Of a stretch of 64,000 nucleotides of DNA, positions 55,700 through 64,000 are shown piece after piece. Made by a program: the position numbers and the translations under genes. How positions within the stretch are numbered: the stretch's first letter is position 1; every line of letters begins with the position of its first letter. Source of the stretch: Octopus vulgaris. Taxonomy: Eukaryota. The notes beneath the pieces were generated by a model that ran no database searches, was not told where the DNA came from, and was given only the letters and a program-made list of their open reading frames with translations. The DNA is taken from the NCBI GenBank assembly GCA_951406725.2, contig OX597817.1, positions 132,494,001-132,558,000 of the forward strand, in the 5' to 3' direction.

Positions 55700-56065
55700 G
55701 TTTACGACCACCAGTGTTCCGGTTTATCCGGTCAGCGGAACAGCCTGCTAGTCATGTGGCTGAGCACTCCACAGACACCAGTACCCACTTAATGTAGTTC
55801 TCAGGGAGATCCAGCGTAACACAGAGTAGGACAAGGCTGGCCCCTTTGAAATACAGGTACAACAGAAACAGAGGGAAAGAGTGAGAGAAAGTTACGGAGA
55901 AGGAGTAGAGCAGGGTTTGCCACCCCCACCCACCCCTGCCGGAGCCTCGTGGAGCTTTAGGTGTTTTCGTTCAATAAGCACTCACAACGCCCGGTCTGGG
56001 AAACGAAGCCGCGATCCCACGGCTGAGAGTCCGCTGCCCTGACCACTTGGCCATTGTGCCTCCGC
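55700..56065 (-). mobile_element. SINE family C
   Basis: Reverse complement of 2374-2753. Confidence 0.8.
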
Positions 56066-56145
56066 CTAGTTTTAAATACTTATAAGTAAAAGTAATTTTA
56101 ACATTAAACTGAAAGATTACTGAACAAGTTCTTTAGAGTACATAG

Positions 56146-56415
56146 AAGGAGGGTGGCTTAGTGGTTAGGGCATTCGGCTAATGATTGTAAGGACGTGAGT
56201 TCAATTCCCGGCGACGCGTTGTGTCCTTGAGCAAGACACTTTTTTCATGTTGCTCCAGCCCACTCAGCCGGCAAAAATGAGTAGCACCTGTATTTCAAAA
56301 GAGCCAGCATTTTCACTTTCTCCCTGAGGATTACGCCACATGTACGTTAATTCCGCGAGCAAGATGTTCTGTTGGTCGTATCAGCTGCCATCCTCGTCGT
56401 CGTAACTGACGGCCT
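56146..56415 (+). mobile_element. SINE, D-type head with family-C tail
   Basis: GGTGGCTTAGTGGTTAGG..GTGTCCTTGAGCAAGACAC..TCGTCGTAACTGACGG. Confidence 0.75.
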
Positions 56416-56590
56416 GCCAGTTTTTCTTTTATTATAATTTTACAGTCCGACGAAATCAAGCGTTTAGAAATTTCCACACACACACACACGCATAGGCATA
56501 GACATGCATGCTCATATATGTTAATCATATGTATAAACATATACACACAGTAACATGCGGAGAGATAGATACACATATATACATGTGTTA

Positions 56591-56630
<40 letters not shown>

Positions 56631-56645
56631 TTCGTGTGGATACGC

Positions 56646-56703
<58 letters not shown>

Positions 56704-57084
56704 ATACATATATACATATAAGGGGTCTAATGCTCTTAGCTTAGACTTTTTTGGGGACAACCAGATCGAACCATCTCAAGTGTAACTGTCCGAAATGGTC
56801 GTGACTTCTGATACTTGACTGATGAAAGAAAAACAGTGACCCGTCTTTTTCTGCCTGTCTTTCTAATTGTTGTTTCTCTTGTTCGCCTCTGTGTCATCTA
56901 TCTGTCCGAAAGTCTTAATGCCTTCTATTGCGTTTTTATTCCATTCATATATATATATATACGTGAAACTCCGAGTAACAGCTTCTGTTATATTTCTGCT
57001 GCCTTTAAATAAAGCATATTACTCTACCTCTGATATTTGAGTACTTTTTTTCCACCTAGTTTCACACTTATGTGCTTACTCCGG

Positions 57085-57155
<71 letters not shown>

Positions 57156-57557
57156 TTAAAATTTGTTTATGGTAGCGTTTTAAATATGCAAATAAAGATC
57201 CTATTCTATTATGGCGACCACCGTCTAATGTTGCTTAATAGTGAGTCAAATGTTGGGGGTTGCATCAAACTGTTCCGATATAATGTAGGATAATTATAAT
57301 AATAATAACAATAAAGATGGAATTTATAAACGTTCAATGCATCGCTATCAGCGCGTATTCACAGAGAGGTTGAAAACTAATGTCATCTCGCCAAAAGAGA
57401 TGAATTAGTGATAATGATCAATCGGATGGCCACGGATGCTACGGACTACACTGCAACCATCCCATGAATACGGACTGTGATCTTATATGCCCATGTGATG
57501 TGCGGAAACGTACGTAGCGATGCATTAAATTCATAAACTCCACCCTAGGATTATTGT

Positions 57558-57606
<49 letters not shown>

Positions 57607-57950
57607 TAGATAAATGGTACAACAAGGCACCAATATTTACTGGAAAATAGCAATCGTAATAAATACGACGCTATTGTATAGCTTCACTGCGTATATACTA
57701 GCAAAGACGCGTGTGTGCAACAAGCATGAAAAAAAAATGTCTTACCTCTAGGAAGAACATCTGATAAATGGACAACCTAGAATCGGATAATGCAGGACCG
57801 GTTTCTTACTCTTCAAATACGCTTGACAACGTAGATTTGAATAGTCTTCATCATCTAGACAAGATTTCAAACGTTGCCACATCAATACCAGTATACTCGT
57901 CTGAACGTTATCTCTTACTGGAAAGTAATACATTCGTATTGCATTATTAT

Positions 57951-58009
<59 letters not shown>

Positions 58010-58014
<5 letters not shown>

Positions 58015-58381
58015 CGGCAGTTTGTCTGTGCGTGTTTCTGTGTGTCTGTTTGCTTGTACCCTCACCCTGACCACAGCTTTCAACCGATTCTGATGAAACT
58101 TGACACACACATAGCCCAATGATATAATTCAAAACTAACACAGCGAAAATTTTGAAAAGTTCCCCCAGTTCTGAAAAAAATCGATAAATTCGACATGGGG
58201 TCGAGAATCAGAAACACAGACCGCAAACTGTCTAGGGGACGCAACTCCACCTTTTTTAACTAAAAAAAAAATTTACCATCATTTTTTTCCATTTTTTTGC
58301 TATTTTTGGGCTATAACTCTCTAAAATTGCTTTATAGTTATTTCCCTTACAAACCTGAGCAACGCCGGGCAATACTGCTAG
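58010..58381 (+). mobile_element. Non-autonomous Helitron
   Basis: 3' hairpin CCTGAGCAACGCCGGG followed by CTAG then T; internal AACCGATTCTGATGAAACTT motif; the same 3' end recurs at 63754. Confidence 0.7.
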
Positions 58382-58501
58382 TATATATATATAATAAAAA
58401 TAAGTATATAACATACACACACATATACATACATAAATACATACATTCATACATACATACATACATAAATACATACATACATACATACATACATACATAC
58501 A

Positions 58502-58534
<33 letters not shown>

Positions 58535-58562
58535 TATATATCTTATATTTCTTTTTTATTTT

Positions 58563-59225
58563 ACTGGGGTACCGCCGTTAGATTCGCTACACTTTCACTG
58601 CATGAAACCTCCTTTCATGTGTGGCAATTTGGTGAATGTGGTAATTTGGTGTTGCAGTCCTCATCTGTATTTCCGGCCGTGATGTAGGCTCATCTGGAAT
58701 CCTCGAAAAAAGGTAATCCAGTTTTGTTTTGAAGACTTCTTCATCCACCCCATATAGGTCTCTTTCAGGTTTTGGGAAGGATATTGAAGAGGTGTTGGCC
58801 CTTGAAACTTAAGCTGTTGCAGTATCTGGTCTTGTATCTTGAAGACGGTGTTGCAATGTTTGGTACTATATAGTTAACCCCTATTCTGATGTTTGTGTAA
58901 CTTTCAATGATAAAGCTTTATACAATTGTTTTCAGGATTTTCCTGATGTACATCCCTGAATGCCTTTCCCGCCTTCCTCCATGAGAGTAGAAACCTTTCC
59001 TATTAGTCAAATTGTCGCATTGAAATGATCATCCTTGTGTAGCTTCATTGGATTGCTTCGAGTTCCGTCGTTAATTTTACACTGTGTGGTGACCGAAGTC
59101 TAAACAGTTGAGAAAAAATGTCCTGAAAAGGGCCATCGTGGTTGCCTGTTCTCTCGTCCGAAGGATGCATCCGGCCTTCGTCTTTTTATTGCCAACTTAA
59201 TAATTATGCGCCGTGAAGGATGCAT
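58563..59225 (-). mobile_element. CR1-like LINE 3' region, decayed
   Basis: ELEAIQ*SYT, RYCNSLSFKGQHLFNILPK, FKTKLDYLFSRIPDEPT. Confidence 0.7.
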
Positions 59226-59239
59226 CATAATATATATAT

Positions 59240-60840
<1,601 letters not shown>

Positions 60841-60927
60841 AATTTGTACTCTACAGAAGTGTTGAGTAAACCATCAGATTAATGTAAATTTGTTTTTATA
60901 ACTGAGCATAAAAACAAGCATTAACGT

Positions 60928-60972
<45 letters not shown>

Positions 60973-61529
60973 CCCATGCATGCATGCCTATATATTCATA
61001 CATATGTGCATGCATATACATAGATATAGCAAGTGTATAATGGAGTGGAGTGGCGAATGTTTGAGAAAGTGAATGAAAGAATTAAAATTAATATTTGTAT
61101 GTGAAAGAATTAATGCCGGCTATTGCTATGAAAACAAAGATTTTTTTTCTCCTTTTATTTCTTTAATAAATTGATTCGTTTCAGGAAGCACAAACAGAAT
61201 ATGCTTCAGGGCTGTTTTAGAAAATTCTACAAGTTTAGATAACTTCATATTAATTTTTAGACAAGGGCAAAGGTAATAAAGATCTTGCATCGACAGAATT
61301 TATCAATTGAGGAAATCTCTATAGCGCGATCGATCGGTTGTTCTCACAAACACACTCAGATACACATATGCATATGTATATGCATATACTTAAACACACA
61401 CACACACACACACACATACACACAACACACACGCACGCACATATATACAAATATACATACATGTATACATACACTACATGTATACTTACACATATATAGT
61501 TATGTGTATGAATACGAAAATAAATATTT

Positions 61530-61788
61530 ATTCATTCTCTTACTGGTTTCAGTCTTTTGACTGCGGCCAAACTGTAGCACCGCATTTAGTCGGACAAATC
61601 GATTGCAGGACTTATTCTTTGTAAGCCTACCAATTGCTCTATCGGTCTCTTTTGCCGAACTGCTAAATTACCGGGACATAAACACACCAACATCAGTTGT
61701 CAAGCGATGGTGAGTTGTGGTGGGTGCAAAACACAGACACACAGATACATACATAGATATACACACATATATATATACATGCATATAT

Positions 61789-61862
<74 letters not shown>

Positions 61863-62412
61863 CAGTAAAGCGAGTAGCCATATCAAACTGGCAGTTAAAT
61901 GTTACCCCTAGCTTAACCCCTGGTGGATTATCCATCAGCTGACTTTCTGCACCCTTCATATACAATGAAGGGTGCAGAGCCTGCACCGAAAACCAGTTTG
62001 TGGAGAATCTGCCTGTGGTTAAACTAGTAGTCACATTCATCTGCCACTTTGATGTGGCTACTCGCCTTATTGTTTAGTATACGTTACTCCCATATGTCTT
62101 CTTGAGATTTTATAACTAACTATATTATTTGTTTTATATATGTAAATTGATGGGTGGGCGCTTAGCCAATATGATTCGCAAGGAACTTTGGAAGCGTCGA
62201 TTTGTGATTCGATTCTGCCAGAGGTTAGCTCTTCATTTTTCGGTCATTTGTTTATATTTAAAAATAGTTGCTTCATATCGGACAATAAATATCATTACGA
62301 TATATATTATACACAGTTATTATACTATGAGCCTCCCATAGTAGCTTTCTCTCTGTAACTCGCAAAGCCTCTTCCGGGTTGTTTATAAAAATATAAAACT
62401 ATTATTTATATA

Positions 62413-62462
<50 letters not shown>

Positions 62463-62628
62463 GACGGCCTTCTTTAAGTTTCCGTCTACCAAACCCATTC
62501 ACAAAGCTTTGGTCGGCCCGAAGCTATAGTAGAAGACACTTGCCCAAGGTGCCACGCAGTGGGACTGAAACCGGAGTCATGTGGTTGAGAAGCAAGCTTC
62601 TTGCCACATAGCCACGCCTGCGCCTATT
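61530..62628 (-). mobile_element. SINE family A split in its microsatellite (3' half 61530-61800, 5' half 62460-62628)
   Basis: Both halves are colinear with the consensus in the same orientation. Confidence 0.65.
61861..62074. mobile_element. Foldback MITE with ~60-bp TIRs and an internal hairpin
   Basis: AACAGTAAAGCGAGTAGCCATATCAAACTGGCAG / CTGCCACTTTGATGTGGCTACTCGCCTTATTGTT; internal CTGCACCCTTCAT..ATGAAGGGTGCAG. Confidence 0.7.
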
Positions 62629-62689
62629 CATGTGAATATATATGTGTGTATGCTTGTGTGTTTGTGTGTGCGCGTGCGTGTGTTTGTGT

Positions 62690-62721
<32 letters not shown>

Positions 62722-63054
62722 TTGAGTGTGTATGTGTGTGTGTGTATGTGTGTGTGTGTGTGTTTGACTCCCACTACACCGTTTTACAATCGGTGTCGTT
62801 TGTATCCGCGTCCCCGATTACTAGCGGTTCGGCAAAAGTATCCGACAGAATTACTACAAGGCTTTCCAAAAAGAAAATGTGCTGAAATCGATTCTTTAGA
62901 CTAAAAATTCTTCAAGGCGGTACCCCAGCATGGTCGCAGTCTAAAGACTGAAACATGTAAAAGGTATGTGTGTGTGTGTGTGTGTGTGCGTGTATGTGTG
63001 CGCATGTGTATGTCTATGTGTGTGCATGTTTGCATACGATACGTACATATATTC

Positions 63055-63255
63055 CTTTACTCTTTCACTCTCTTTCTTGTTTCAGCCAATTGACTGTGGC
63101 CATGCTGGAGCACCGCCTTGTAGTCGAAGTAATCGACCCCTGGATTTATTCTTTGTAAGTCTGGTGCTTATTCTATCGGTCTGTTCAGCCGAACCGCTAA
63201 TGTACGGTGACGTAAACAAACCAGAATCGGTTGTCGAGTATATAAGCACACACAT

Positions 63256-63287
<32 letters not shown>

Positions 63288-63319
63288 GCATGTGTGTGTG
63301 TGTAATACACACACACACA

Positions 63320-63366
<47 letters not shown>

Positions 63367-63415
63367 GACGGGCTTCGTTGGGAAGCAAGCTTCTTACCAC
63401 ACAGCCACGCCAACA
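63055..63415 (-). mobile_element. SINE family A with head deletion
   Basis: GGCCATGCTGGAGCACCGCC..GCCGAACCGCTAA. Confidence 0.75.
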
Positions 63416-63429
63416 TGAATATACATATA

Positions 63430-63481
<52 letters not shown>

Positions 63482-63753
63482 CGCACATTGTTAAAAGGGA
63501 AGGATGGACAGATAACGGTAGGGAAGGAGGAGGGGAAAGAAAAACAACGGATACAGATTGGAAGAAGAGATGAGGGTGAGAAGGAGGTGGATGATGATGC
63601 CGAAGAATAACAAAAAGAATGAGGGAAAATGAGTTGAACAAATTTAAGCTGAAGACAAACTACAATATTGTTATCTTTTCATGAGATTATTGTCCAAAAA
63701 AATGAAAAAATAGTGATTCATGAAGACAAATAATAATGATTTTATAAAAAATA

Positions 63754-64000
63754 CTAGCAGTATCGTCCGGTGTTGCTCGGGTTTGTTTCGACCCTTTAGA
63801 ATTGAGATTTTTGGAAAGTAAAAGTTATGCATTATGTAGCTTGTTATTCTCTTTAAGTGAACATTTTTTTCTGGTTGAAATACACCGAAAAATTGCGACA
63901 CAGCATCGAAAAAAATAGGGATTTTCATAGAAAAAAAGCACCTTTTTGATGTAAATAATTTTTGGTGTTAACATGGTCCGATTTGAATTTTTTCTTCTAC
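63754..64000 (-). mobile_element. Helitron 3' end
   Basis: Minus strand CCCGAGCAACACCGGACGATACTGCTAG|T. Confidence 0.65.

Overview
AT-rich eukaryotic DNA saturated with microsatellites and transposable elements. The repeat content (tRNA-SINEs with internal (TA)n/(TG)n, Dong/R4, CR1-like LINEs, Penelope-like elements) resembles an octopus genome; this host assignment is inference only. No intact host gene is recognisable, and nearly all listed ORFs are microsatellite translations. Real protein remnants come from Penelope-like elements (PLE; RT + GIY-YIG, two families, three loci), a mariner transposase, Dong/R4 restriction-like endonuclease ends and CR1-like LINE ends. There is also an ~87-bp copy of the 18S rRNA 3' end. 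The main unannotated signal is RNA-level: over a dozen minimal type-I hammerhead-ribozyme-like motifs from several unrelated short families. Many are arranged as head-to-head palindromes with the ribozymes pointing outward, often next to (TA)n. One family joins a tRNA-like Pol III head to an (AAT)n spacer and a hammerhead-bearing tail, making it a candidate PLE-mobilised, ribozyme-bearing SINE. Boundaries were read by eye and are approximate (about +/-10-20 bp).
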